This document shows positions 23,490-36,200 of a DNA stretch of 64,000 bases, piece by piece. Each line of letters starts with the position of its first letter. Position 1 is the stretch's first letter. The stretch comes from Sarea resinae (Eukaryota): the NCBI GenBank assembly GCA_026026165.1, contig JAPEUD010000020.1, forward strand, positions 124,001 to 188,000, read 5' to 3'. The translations under genes and the position numbers were made by a program. The notes below the pieces were generated by a model. The model had not been told where the DNA came from. It saw only the letters and a program-made list of their open reading frames with translations, and did no database searches.

Positions 23490-26171
23490 ATGGAATCCTC
23501 AGAGCAAGACCCAGAACATGTTTCGCCGCAGCATTCCTTGATGCTGTCTCCTTCGGCTTCCAGCGCGGCCCTTGAATCAGTGCTTGAGCACTCCACGCAC
23601 AGCATTCCGAGAACAAGCTCTCCAGCTCTGCATTGCTGTTGCGGGAAATTAGACTGTGCATTCCTCAGACACAACACCGCCGCTTTAGAGGGTCTGGAGA
23701 AAGACGTCCAGACGGCTGCTCAACTCGGTCAGGTACGTTCCCATTCCGGGTGCAAGGCGCATAGTCGAGCCTCGTCGGAATCATCCTTGTTTACCCTTCC
23801 ACGAAATTACTGTTTTCGTTTCTTTCTCTACCATGGGCCCTGTCTCAAACTCTGGAGGCTCTTCTTGGGCCATGCGCGCTGTTTGGACATGTCGCTGACT
23901 TGGCCGTTGCAGGCACTGCTTGTGCGCCATGAAGCCTACATGGTGGATGCGGAGCAGGAGAGGCAAAGAATGGCCGCCGACATCGAGAAGTTGGAATCCG
24001 AGAAACGCGCTCTGGAAGCAGAAAATGCGCGCAACATCGAGGAAAATAGAGGCTTGCTCAATCAGCTCGAAGAGCTCAACAATACCGTTGCAGAGTCCGA
24101 TACACACATCAACGCGCTTTCGGAAACCCTCCAGGCCACTCAGCAAGAAGTTCGGAGACTCACAGTCCTAGCTGCTCAAGCTGAGCACCTGGAGGCGCAA
24201 CTTTCTTCCTTGGAACAAGAACAGGCGACGCTACAACGGACACTTGTGACAACGGAAGAGGAGGAAAGATCTGCAGTGCAACGCTGGAAGAATGCTGAGC
24301 GTACACTGGTGTCTCTGCAGGAGCAAATCGAGCGAATCGAAAAGGAGGCCAGGGAAGAGCGTGAGAGGCACGTGGAAATCGTGGGCCGCATGGAGAGAAG
24401 AAGGGCCGTGGAGAAGGAGCTAGATTGTGCAGCAGGCAGGCTGAAGAGTGCTGCTGCTGTCACCACGCTGGGCCGGGATAAGTCTGGGAGCAACGTGGTC
24501 TCGCATTTCGTAAAGGACATTTTGCAAGATAATGCAAATCTACAGCTTGGAATCGTTGAGCTGAGAGAATTGCTCATGAGCTCGACAGAAGAGGTCGAGC
24601 AGCTGCGGGAGCAATTGATGCTACACCAGCCGGTGATGCCTCGGGATGACGATGGCAACACTCCTTCTACCCTTGGTAAGGAACTAGCCTCGGAGGAAGC
24701 AAGAACGGTGTCACAAGAATTGCATTTCCACCATCATTATCACGCAGCGCCTAAAGCAGCAGAGACACCTCTAAAAGCCAAAGGCCAGCAGCACAGAAGG
24801 CCCAAGGCGAAGCGTCATGCTATCTCAAGTGGGCTCTTTACACCGCCTTCGGGGACGCAGACGCCATCGACCCCAAGCTCTCATTACAGAAGGCCGACCC
24901 CACCATCTACAGCCGCTGCAATACTCTCACAAACGTCGGTATCGATACCTGACTCCACCCCTCCTGCTTCCAACAACAGATGGTCGGTGCAGTCAAATCA
25001 GACTCGCTCCTCCGCGGCCTTGTCATCTGTACCAAGTTCTCCGCAGTCGGCCTACCGCACCTCTTCCATCTTTGACCGTGCATTCAATGACAATAGTCTG
25101 GATTCCTCTCGCCCGACCAGTCCCGAGAGTAATGGTCCCGATTCTCCAGTGTTTCTCCCTCGACACAGAAAACTTGGATCCGACGCTTCCTCGAGATCCT
25201 TTTCCACCCCTGCAGCTTTTCAGCTCAAAAGTGCAAGCGCAACCGTTGGAGCGGTGACCACGGCACTCGATCCCACAGCTGAAGAGTCGGATGGTGACGT
25301 TGAGAAAACGTCGGACTTGAATGCGGAAATGGCGGAAGAAACAGACCCTAGCACCAACACCGCCACCGCCGTCCCCTCACCTGCATCCCCAACATTGGAA
25401 ACCTACGACGAACCTCATGACCTCTACAGCCGCCCGACCACTCTCCGCCGCAGTGCATCTCATGAGTCCCTCCTCTCAATCTCAGGGATGGATATCCACA
25501 CTCTCCAGTCTCGCCCGTCACAGCTCCTCACCCCTCACCCACGAGGATTCCACCCCACCAATCCGTTGAATATCTCATCTTCGGGAGCTCTCGCATCAAA
25601 TCAGCCAGTCCTGAGCGCCATGACGGCCACAGCTGCACACCAGACCCGCAGTCGCTACGACAGTAGTACTTATAATCGCTCGCTGCTGTCCGGCCTCAGC
25701 GGTAACGGCCAAGCTCAGGCTGGCAACAGGAACGGCAATGGGGTTGAAGGGAGGAATGGTGCCACCAGCAAGGGGACGTTGGGACGTAAAGTGAGCGGCT
25801 GGTTCTGGGGCAGGGACGCCGCCACGAATGCTTCTGCAAACACGAGCAGCAACACTGCCGCGCCATCATCCTCGGCATCCTCGACTCACTCGACAGCCTC
25901 GTCATCCTCGGCCAAGTCCGACCCAAGCTCCAAAGAAGGGCCCTCTGTCACTGCTCTCCCAACGGTGGCCGAGCGCGCTCCCGGCGTGAACCAATTTGGC
26001 CCGGTTCGAGGCCTAAGGCGGGCTGCTACCGTAGCGAAGATGCGAGACAAAGCAGCACCACCACCAGCGAGTGACTCCACGGGAGGACGAGAGCGGAAAG
26101 TGATGCTCGAGGAAGGAGACGTGGATGTGGGATTACTGAGGGAGACTCTGGCGGAGGGAGCGTTGGGATGA
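23490..26171 (+). CDS. Uncharacterised long coiled-coil protein with N-terminal CCCG..DC motif and Ser/Thr-rich tail
   Basis: 893-codon ORF with an in-frame intron at 23733-23912. About 250 aa of heptad-rich E/Q/R/L sequence is followed by a low-complexity region. Confidence 0.85.
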   Translation: MESSEQDPEHVSPQHSLMLSPSASSAALESVLEHSTHSIPRTSSPALHCCCGKLDCAFLRHNTAALEGLEKDVQTAAQLGQVRSHSGCKAHSRASSESSLFTLPRNYCFRFFLYHGPCLKLWRLFLGHARCLDMSLTWPLQALLVRHEAYMVDAEQERQRMAADIEKLESEKRALEAENARNIEENRGLLNQLEELNNTVAESDTHINALSETLQATQQEVRRLTVLAAQAEHLEAQLSSLEQEQATLQRTLVTTEEEERSAVQRWKNAERTLVSLQEQIERIEKEAREERERHVEIVGRMERRRAVEKELDCAAGRLKSAAAVTTLGRDKSGSNVVSHFVKDILQDNANLQLGIVELRELLMSSTEEVEQLREQLMLHQPVMPRDDDGNTPSTLGKELASEEARTVSQELHFHHHYHAAPKAAETPLKAKGQQHRRPKAKRHAISSGLFTPPSGTQTPSTPSSHYRRPTPPSTAAAILSQTSVSIPDSTPPASNNRWSVQSNQTRSSAALSSVPSSPQSAYRTSSIFDRAFNDNSLDSSRPTSPESNGPDSPVFLPRHRKLGSDASSRSFSTPAAFQLKSASATVGAVTTALDPTAEESDGDVEKTSDLNAEMAEETDPSTNTATAVPSPASPTLETYDEPHDLYSRPTTLRRSASHESLLSISGMDIHTLQSRPSQLLTPHPRGFHPTNPLNISSSGALASNQPVLSAMTATAAHQTRSRYDSSTYNRSLLSGLSGNGQAQAGNRNGNGVEGRNGATSKGTLGRKVSGWFWGRDAATNASANTSSNTAAPSSSASSTHSTASSSSAKSDPSSKEGPSVTALPTVAERAPGVNQFGPVRGLRRAATVAKMRDKAAPPPASDSTGGRERKVMLEEGDVDVGLLRETLAEGALG

Positions 26172-28937
26172 GCGTCAATCATTTACACTTTCCTTTATTT
26201 TTCCATCTCTCTCTTAAGTTGGCGGTATTTTTTTTTCTCGTCGGTCCTGGTGTAGCGCATCGTGGGATTTTTGAACTTTTCTAGAATATACCCCTCATAG
26301 CGTCTGCCAAATTACACCTGAGTTGGTCATCTCGGGCATTGGTAGGAAGTTGCTTCCATAATGAATCTATCCGATCGGGTTATCCCACGTCGAGTCACGG
26401 TGTTCATGTGCCTTGGATTCAGGATTCAGGATAATCTCTCTACGTGCATACATACCAATCAATCACACCCAAGGCAGGAGCTTCATTCTCCAATTGATTC
26501 GAAGCAATACATCCCAATGCTTCTGATACCCATCCATTATCAGAAACCGACGGACCAGGCAAGCAAAGCTTTTCATCGTGAAATGGATACTCTCTTTGTA
26601 CCTAGGAACATGAATGACAGAGAGAAGACAAGACAATGGAAGACAGGCCGGAGCTTCATTCCATCCATGATTGGAAGCGGACTCCCGACCTCCTCGATAG
26701 GTGGGTGCTCTTTGAGTTGAGACGTTCGATTGATGATGGTAAATGTCTCGAATTTGCTTTGTTTTGTATTGGCTTTCGGTTGCCTCAGACGAGAACCTAA
26801 GGTACAGGTACCTACCTTGATGATTTCACACTTGTATTGTCGAACGTCTCAGGTTTGGGGCACAGCACAGAGAGAGAGAGAGGCGGCCGGGTTTGGATGC
26901 CCGTACGCGGGCGCCCCTAACGTACAGCGTACCTAGGTAAGGTAGGTAGGTACCTTGGGTGATGATAGTGGTTCGGCTTCTCCTGATCGCGTCCGCACAA
27001 TAGACTCTACTATGTATTACTCCGTGCCTATCCAGTCCCCTCTCATGGTCGTGTCTTCTCCTCTCCTCTCCTCTCCTCTCCTCCCACCCCCAAGCCAACA
27101 AAGCATGGGGAATCTGAATCTCGTGGTCAGGTAAGGCACATCAACAATCAGGGGCCAGTCATCTGGTCATGCTCACCGCTCCTTAAGAAGGTAAATGTCC
27201 TGCCACTATTCGTACTCCGGCGTACCTCTCGCGACGATCTCCAAGTCCCGAGCTAGAGGACATGGATCTGGGTCTGCCCGTCTATCTCTCTTAAGGTACC
27301 TTACCGAGGATGGATATCATGATGTGTCTCAGGATAGAGAGAGAGAGTAAGGTAAGGTAGATAGCAAGAGATTTTTGGTACTCTACAGAGTAGCTGCTGC
27401 CTTACTAAGCGCCATGCTGGATTCGATTCGTCGGGCAAGTCCCCTTGAGCGCGTGGTAGGATATCACCACTTTTCCTTCTTTTCTTCTGCGGCTTCCTTG
27501 GTCGAGCGGTCTGGGAGTTGCGGTGATCACGGGGGTAGGAATGTCTGATGGGTAGGTACCTACCTACTAGTACTTCGTGACCCTACCTTACCTTACCTTA
27601 CCTTGCCTTACCTTACCTAAGCCAAATATGCATCCAAAGCCCATACGTACTACGTCGTCGTCAGTGACGTACCGAGTATCTGTACCGATGGAACCCAATG
27701 AATCTTGATGCGTGGTGGGGCAACAATGGGGAACCCGCCCCGACCACCTCAGGTTCTAGACTGACAGATCTGGCCGAGGTACTATGTATGTAGCGAGAAG
27801 AGATTGAGACGAGGAGATAGCACACCAGAGAGCGAGGGATTGGTAAGAATCGGACAATGGATGCGGACAACTCTCATCATTGGCCTCCGCGACAGATCTC
27901 GAGTGCCGCTGACTGATGAGAAAGATGGAGAGAGAGAGAGGGTGGACAGGGGCGAGCATCCAGGATCCATTGGATTTCTCCGCATCTGCAGCAGAAAGTC
28001 GGAAAGCTTGCCGCCACGGTCGCGCCAAGATGCAGCAAGACAGCGGATGGAGGCGGCCGATGCGGCCGTTGTCCGATGCCTCGATCGACAGTGGCTGTCC
28101 TAGGAAGGGGGGCAGCGGGCGGAACAGGTACAAGGGCGGGACTGACGGCAAGAGATCCGTGGACGTTCTGTTCCGCAGGCTAGAAAAAAAGATAGTTGCA
28201 TTGCACTACGCAGTACGAATACAGGGCTTCCACCCCTCCACCCCTCCACCCCTCCTCTCTTCCTCCCCTCGCTACTATGAGTACGGAGTATGTATTCGTA
28301 CTTCAGTAGGTACCTCCTACTCATGCCCACCGCCCAATCAATCATGCACCGGACATGACCTCACCAGTCAGTCTGTCCAGGTCTCGAGGGCCATCTCGTG
28401 CAGGCTGGAGGTCGAGAGACGCTGCTATCTGCTACTATCACTCACTATCACCCACTATGCCGTGGGGAGGTGGCCAAGTCTGCACTACTACGTAGTACTT
28501 CAGTAGGTGCGTGCTGGTCTTGGGCCATCCCATCCATCCCATCCATGGATCGATCTTGTCACTCTCCACCGTGTGCTGGCTGGTCTCAGAGCGACTGGGA
28601 CCCTTTTATTAATTGCACGGGAGATAGGAGACAGCCCCGTCCCGAATCACAAATCTCTTCGATCGGACTTAAGCTTTCCCTCGACTGAAAACCCTGAGAT
28701 TCACGAACTTTCTAGTCTCGCATCTGCCAACCCGCCCAGATGATAGTGGCCGTAGACACACGTCGCCGTAGAGCTTGTAGACCCACATCAGGCGATATAT
28801 AAGAGCTGCTTGCCCAGACCACATTCAAGGCGTTCCGACTTCCACCTCCTCATTCTTTCCATCTTCTCCTACCGTCTCATTGATCATTCCTCTGCCAACT
28901 CTGACAACCCCACGACCCCTCCCTAACCACAGTCACC

Positions 28938-30129
28938 ATGTCTACCGATTACAAGTTCCAGGGCTGGATGGGCCTCGACGAGACGGCCGCAGCTGGCAAC
29001 CTCAAGTACCAGTCTTACGAGCCCAAGACGTGGGACGAGCATGATGTCGACATCAAGATCTCCCACTGCGGCATCTGCGGTTCCGACATCCACACTCTCC
29101 GCAGCGGATGGGTAGGGTGACCTCCAATTGCGCTTCGCTGAACCTTCTTCTGACTTCTGTCCTCCAGGGGCGCACCAACTACCCGTGCGTTGTTGGTCAT
29201 GAAATCGTCGGTGAGGCGGTCAAGGTCGGCAGCAAGGTCGAGAAGGGAATCAAGTATGCAGAATCCAATCCCCAGTGTCGGAACATGTCTAACCTCTCTG
29301 TAGGGTCGGCGACCGCGTCGGTGTCGGTGCCCAGGCCAGCTCTTGCATGAAGCCTGACTGCGAGGGATGTGCCAGCGGCTTCGAGAACCACTGTGACAAG
29401 ATGGTGGGAACCTACAACGGCGTCTACCCCGACGGCAGCAAGTCATATGGTGGATACGGTGACTACACTCGGGTCCCCAGCCGCTTCGTCTTCAAGATCC
29501 CCGAGAAGTTGAAGAGCGAGGATGCCGCCCCCATGCTGTGCGGTGGTATCACCGTCTTCTCTCCCCTCAAGCAGAACGGCTGCGGTCCCGGCAAGAAGGT
29601 CGGCATTGTCGGTATTGGAGGTCTCGGTCACTTCGGTCTTCTCTTCGCCAAGGCTCTAGGGGCTGACAAGGTCGTCGCCATCTCGCGGACTTCCGGCAAG
29701 AAGGCCGATGCTGAGAAGATGGGCGTTGATGACTTCATTGCCACCGACGAGGAACCCGACTGGGCCACCAAGTACGGCTCGTCTCTCGATCTCATCGTCT
29801 CGACCGTCTCTTCTCCCAACATGCCCCTCCAGGGCTATCTCTCCCTGCTCCGCCACCACGGTCAGTTCATCCAGGTCGGTGCCCCCGAGGACAACTTCCC
29901 CGCTTTCAGCGCGTTCGCTTTGATTGCCAAGGGTGTCAAGATGGGCGGATCCATCGTCGGCTCTCCCGCCGAGATCGAGTACATGCTCAACCTCGCTGCC
30001 GAGAAGGGCATCAAGCCATGGGTTGTCCCGCGCCCTCTCGATGACGCCAACAAGGCCGTCGTCGACATGGAGAACGGCAAGGCTCGGTACAGATACGTTC
30101 TGGTCAACGAGAAGCATGTCAAGGCCTAA
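28938..30129 (+). CDS. NADP-dependent zinc alcohol dehydrogenase (ADH6/7, cinnamyl-ADH-like)
   Basis: CGICGSDIH, GHEIVG, APMLCGGITVFSPL and GIGGLGHFG. Two introns near 29112-29167 and 29254-29302. Confidence 0.93.
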
Positions 30130-30606
30130 ACCGGATCTGGATCCGCATGGCAGAAGGGAAGGCGTCGAGTTAATGAGGGATAACGTCGTGATGTGACATA
30201 GATTTTGGTAGACATGATCAAAAAAATAAAAGTTCAATTCTCGGAATTCGTCACTCTATGAAGCCAATTTGATAGTGCACATGGCCTGAGTGGTTAACTC
30301 AGTAAGGCTCACATGGAATTTCGCTGCTCTTTGAGTCTGCTGTGTAATTCTGCTCCTCGATCTGCTTTCTCGATCATACCGATCATAGATGTGCTGGCAG
30401 GGGGGTAACGCGACCTCGGCTGCACTATCATATGCGATCTTGGCATTGTTTACTTCTGTACTCCCCCCGAACCCCCCCCAGTCGAATAAAAACAACACCA
30501 AAAACTGCCATCGATACCAACGCATTTGGGCCACGGCTCACACACGCCAAAAGGAGCAAGGACGTATTACACCCAATCCAGCCCGCCGTGGGTGCCAACA
30601 TCTGCA

Positions 30607-32719
30607 ATGGACAAAGAGAGTCTCAAAACCGCTTCCCTCTACATCAACAACCTCCTGCTTTCGCGCGGCCTGCTGCGCAATGGCCAACCGATCGAGTTCG
30701 CGAGACCGCACAAGGCCGAAGGCGGCACCGAGGCGTCGATGGCCAAGATCATCAATCTGGTGCATGACCTGATACTGCGACGAGATGTGAGACTTCCCCA
30801 CACCGAGAAGAATGATGATCGAGCGAGTGAGCAAGTGAGTGAGTGAGTGAGTGATTGCTGATTATGGATGGATGCGGGGAGTACAGCGCGAAGCGGAACA
30901 GCGCGAGACCATGGCCATGACGATCCGGACGCTCAAGAGCGAGGAGACGAGGTGGAATCTGGGCAAAGTACGTACGACGATCCATGTCGCAGAATCGTTG
31001 TGTTGTGTGCTGGTGCGCGCCATCTGGCCCCGTTGTGCAGGTTTGCTTATTTGATCCCCACACAGAGCCAACTCGAGACGCGCAATGCCGACCTGGTTCG
31101 TCAGCTGTCGATCGCGCAGGGCCGAGAGCGCGCGTCCAAGACGGCGTTGCGCTCCGCCGAGGCGTCGGCGAGATCCCTCAGGGAGGAGATGGTCAGGCTC
31201 AAGGCCACGCTGCAGCAAGTCAGGACGCAGTGCGCGAATGATATCCGCAAGAGGGACGTGCAGATTCAGAGGCTGAAGAGCCATTTGACGACGCAGCAAC
31301 GGGGTACGGGACGGGGCATGTTGAATTCGACGATCACGATTGTGCCTACGATGGGGGGTCCGGTGAAGGAGAGGGAGAGGGAGGAGAGGGATGGGAATGT
31401 GGAGAGCCCGGATTATAGTCTCAGGCAGGAGACGACGGAGTTCTTGACGGATCTGAGCCAGAGTCTGAGCGATGAGAATGATAATCTTATTGGGCTGGTG
31501 AGGAGTACACTGGCTACCTTGAGGGAGGTGCAGGGCCTGCCTGCCTCCTCGAGTGCGGTCGCTTCGAATACTAATGAGAACGGAGAGATTGGCGGAGAAG
31601 TATACGATGGACTCCCTGCGCCTGCGGATGGGATGGGCTTGCTGTGCAGCAGCGTTCCGACCTCCTACGAGACGCTTGCCACGGAAATGGATGATGTTCT
31701 CTCGCAGCTTTCTATCATTCTAACGAACCCCTCATTTGTACCCATCGAGGAGGTTGAGGTTAGGGAGGAAGAGATTATCCGACTAAGGGAAGGATGGGTG
31801 CAGATGGAAGAAAGATGGAAGGATGCCGTCGGCATGATAGATGGCTGGCGCAAAAAAATGATGAAAGGATCTACGATCCAAGTCGATGAGTTGAGGATGA
31901 GTCTGGGGGTAGGCCTCGGTCTTGGTGCGGGTCGCACCAGCAATAGCCAGGAAGGGCTTCAAGAGGAGGAAGAGGAGGATAGCAAGGATGGAGAAAACGA
32001 GGATAGTGCAGAGGTTGAGGCTGAAGAGCCTGTCGATCATGTCGATTCCACCAATGGAGATCTAGACGACCATGAACGCCAAAAGCAAACCGAAGCTGGA
32101 GCTGGCTACACCGATTCTATTTCAATTGGGGAAGAAGAAGAGGAAGAGGAAGAGCCTCTAGGAGTTGGTCTCCAGCCCGACGGCTCTGTTCTTGGTGAAC
32201 TCAACCCCAATGCCCGACCTCTCGCCCCGCAAACTCGAAAAGTGTCCTTCCAAGAAGTGTCACCTCAGTCGAGAAGCTTCGCAGAGGAAATTGATGCAGA
32301 CGAACTCGATCTTGTAGAACCTCAGGATCTGGACTCGGAGATTTCTGCGCCGCAGCCGTTGAGGTTAAAGCTGGAAAAGAAAGCCTCTAGAGGAGCTGGG
32401 TCGAGGATTCCTCGACAGGTAAGAGCATTTTATATAACCATATACACTTCCAGACGCTGAAGCTGAATTTTGATCACAGACGTCATCAAGACAGAATTCC
32501 TCCCCGGCGGCGACGATGACTATCCAGCAGAAACTCGATACAGCAAAAGCAGAAGCAGAGGCGGCTGAGGTTGCTCGGAAAAGAAAGGCAGGGATGGAGA
32601 GATCGAGACCGAAATCAACTACAACAAAGAAACCTAGTAGTAGCAGAGCGAGGGCAAGCAGGAGACGGAGTACGCTCAGTCCAGAGGAGTTGGAAAGTCT
32701 CATGGGGAGCGGGTCATAG
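30607..32719 (+). CDS. Afadin/alpha-actinin-binding (ADIP/Msd1/SSX2IP family; TinA-like NIMA-interacting) coiled-coil protein
   Basis: SLYINNLLLSRGLL, KIINLVHDLILRRD, QCANDIRKRDVQIQRLK and NPSFVPIEEVEVREEEI. Three introns. Confidence 0.8.
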
Positions 32720-33251
32720 TCCCCGCTGACATCTTCTCTTGGCGTATTGGAAGCGTTTTGGGGACTCTGATCATGGCAATAATCTGTCTTCGTAGTTTTC
32801 GTGATTTGACACAAAGTCATTATAGAAGCCTCTCTGAATTATTGTGTTGGATCGATTACCGGGTGTGCAACATGATTCACCTGCGCCGGTCGAGCTGCTT
32901 TGTTGTTCGCTGTGATGGCGGTCGTCCTTCGCCTCGGCAACTTCCAGCTCCAGCGCAAATCGCGTTGCTCTAGAGTAAATTGTATCGTCGCGACAGAGAG
33001 AGAGAGCCATCACCAATTCACCACTTACTTGCTCGTTATTACACCAATTCTACACATCGATCACTTCTACCTGCTCTGCTCTTCTTGACGCATGTACGCT
33101 GCGCTTAAGAGAAGAGGAGTACAGGCAGCTCTTCTTTGATGGAGAGTTGAAACCTTCGCAGAGAGAGTTCCCCAAGTTCACATCCATCAACAAACCAAGC
33201 TACCCGCACCTGGAGTTGAATCATCCGTGGCCAACCTCGCATCATCCCAAA

Positions 33252-36200
33252 ATGGCTGGCTTCACCGTCCCTCTGTCATCTAGCCCTCCCTCGACTCCAA
33301 ACTCTCAAGCTCGAAACCATGAGAACGTCAGCCCTTTCCCGAGCATGGCTTCAAATCCTTCGACAACACCTGCTGGCCCTCCTCCCTCGTCGGCAAACTC
33401 GTTCACTCCAGCGGGCCCTCCGCCTTCGTCGGTCTTTGGAAGCTCTCAGCTGGGGACTGGCAAGAACCTGTTCGCCAAGCCTTCATTTGGCTCGTCGGTC
33501 TTGGGCGACCGCGGCCAAGGCAATACACCACAAAGCCTCTTTCAGTCGACCCGGACCAAGAACGGCACACCTGCAAATCTGACCGGGCGTCGAGGGTTCC
33601 ACGTCCCCAGTAGCAGTCCACCGCAATTAGAGACTGGCAGCGAAGGCGACGACGAGGATGATTACATGGACGAGGACGAGGAAGAAATGGACGAGTCGGA
33701 AGACCAAACCGTCGGCTCTGCAGACGAAATGGTGTCAGAGAGTGAAGGCAATTACACTTCGGCCACGCAGCAGTTCAATGGCACTGGCGGTTGGGAAGCA
33801 TATTTGCAGAGTGGTTCGCCTGTTTCAACTCGCGGAGCCAAACGATCGCGAGCGGGTGAGACCATCAGTGAGACTGGGCGCACCAGACGTCTAGCCCCGT
33901 TCGAACCTGGAAAGGAATCGCCCATCCCAGCTATTGCGAAGGATCTTGCCTTGAGCATGGCGCCGGCGCAGGTAGTTGAGCCAGATGACCTCATCCTAGG
34001 AACTGAGGAGTTAGTTGGGCAACTCTATGTTGAGTCTAGCGTACTCGACAGCGCTGCTCTTCAGACGGTGCCGAACGAGCTGAACAAGACCTGGCAGCGT
34101 GTTGTTGATACGGAGGAGACCGGACGAAGGCAGGAATATGTCTTCCAGGTTGGTCCTGGGGAGGACGCTTCGCCTCTAGCCAAAGCCGCCTATCTAAGCA
34201 ACATCCTTCTACAACTACATCATCCTGCTCCAATCAATGCATTTGGCCCGCCATCAAACCGTCGGCTCCCCGAGCAACCATCTTTCCTTAATTCATACCG
34301 TCCCCAACCTCCCAGCCGGACAGTTCCAATACCAAAAGTTCTCTTCGACTGGCTCAACACGCATCACGATCCATACCCGGGCGCTGTGATTGAGCTGCAA
34401 TCGTTCGCGCCCAATCCGACAGCTCACGTCAACTTTTGGGATATATTGTTCTCAGCGACAGTGAGAGGCAAGCTCCCGGAAATCATCAAACTACTCAAGG
34501 AAGCGGACTTTAAGCATGCACGCACTGCTTTGAGCGACAAATCAGATCAATCTGGATACCACGGTCTACAGCTGGGAAATATTCAGAGGGTAGTCAATCG
34601 TGCCATTCAAGTCTTGGAGCAATGCCCCGCTGTACAGGACGGTGATTGGGATGTTAGGGGGAATGATTGGGCAATTTGGGGGCGAAGGGTCGACCAGGCT
34701 TCCAATGATCTGGCGATCTTTGCAGAGGGTGAGAATCAGGACGAGCCCGAGGAACAACCTTTTGCCGCGGAGAATTTCGGTTTGAGCGTTCAAAGCCACA
34801 GTGCTTCCCTTAGCCGGGCAGCTCGAAGAGCCGAAAGCAGAGTCCCTTGGACGATCTATCAAAACCTCAAAGCCATGTATGGTATCATATCGGGGGGCGC
34901 TACGGAGATTGTCTCCTTTGCTCAGGACTGGGTCGAGGCCGCGGTCGCACTTACAGCGTGGTGGAGTGGTGATGATGATGATGAGGTTTCAGCGGGAAGT
35001 CTTATGATTAGTCGGCGTTCTCTCAGCCGCTCGCAGACACAAACTCCTCGGTCGGTCGACGTCAACCCTATCGAAGCTTACTTGCAGCGACTTGCTCGCT
35101 CTTTTCGGCGGGTCACTGATCAGACTGGCGAAGAGGCTTTTCAGATTGACTCGCTGAACCCGGTCGAGGTTGGGTTGGCTTGTGTGTTTGAGGGAAACGT
35201 TGAGGGCGTGATTGGCCTCTTGCGTGGCTGGTCGCTCGTAATTACCGCAGCGGTAGTCGAAGTGGCGAGCAGCGGATCGTGGCTCACGTCCCGCCGCGGA
35301 GGCAATATGATGGAGGGATTCGACGCGAGCGACCTGATGGTCCTGAGCTTCGGCCAAGAGAAGAATGGGACGGACCGAGATGAGATATTAGTGCAGTACG
35401 CTCAGGGGCTGTTCACGCGCCATCATTTGAAGAAAGAGGCACATTCGAGATTCGTGCGCGAGGGATGGGAAATCGCCATCCAGGTCCTTGGGCGGCTCGA
35501 GGATGCACAGTTGGCAAACAAGAAACTTGCAGAGCTCTTGAGCCAGCTTGAGCTTGACTCGGCCGAACGGGTGGACAAACTCCTGGCTCTCTGTTCCGAC
35601 CTCGGTATGGACAGCGAAGGCCGCAAGATCGCAGAGGTAAGCTTTTCTCTGGTGGTGATGGGTGGCATAATTGAACTAATGCAAAAGAGCAGAAATATGC
35701 CGACTCCTTGGCCGAAAGCACGTACAACTATGGCGGTGCTCTCTTCTACTACGCGCGCGCTCACGCCCGCCGCAAACTCAAGGACGTCCTGGATCTTCTT
35801 GTTTCTTTCTGCCTCGTGCAATCGGCCGCCTATCCGGCTCAATCCTCGCTCGACCAAGACCTGCGCCGTCTCGTGCTCTCGCCCAAACAAGCGCTCACGG
35901 ACCTAGCGCAGACGGACGTCGAGGCCGCGCGGCTCTTGCAGACGTACTTGAGCGGCTATGCTACCCTGAGGAAATTCTACGACCTCAGGGACCACGAGGT
36001 CAATCTGGGCCGTGGCGAGAAGGCTAAGATGAGGTCTGGAGAGAGGCAGAGAGAGGCGTTGAAGGCTCTGGTGGCTGTGATCGCGAGCGCGGAGGATAAC
36101 ATCCACGGCGGGTTGTACGACGAGAGTCGCGATGCGGTCGTGCAGGTGGACGGTCTCTTGGCTCTGCTGGGCGAAGCTCTCGTCTTCATAAATCGTACGT

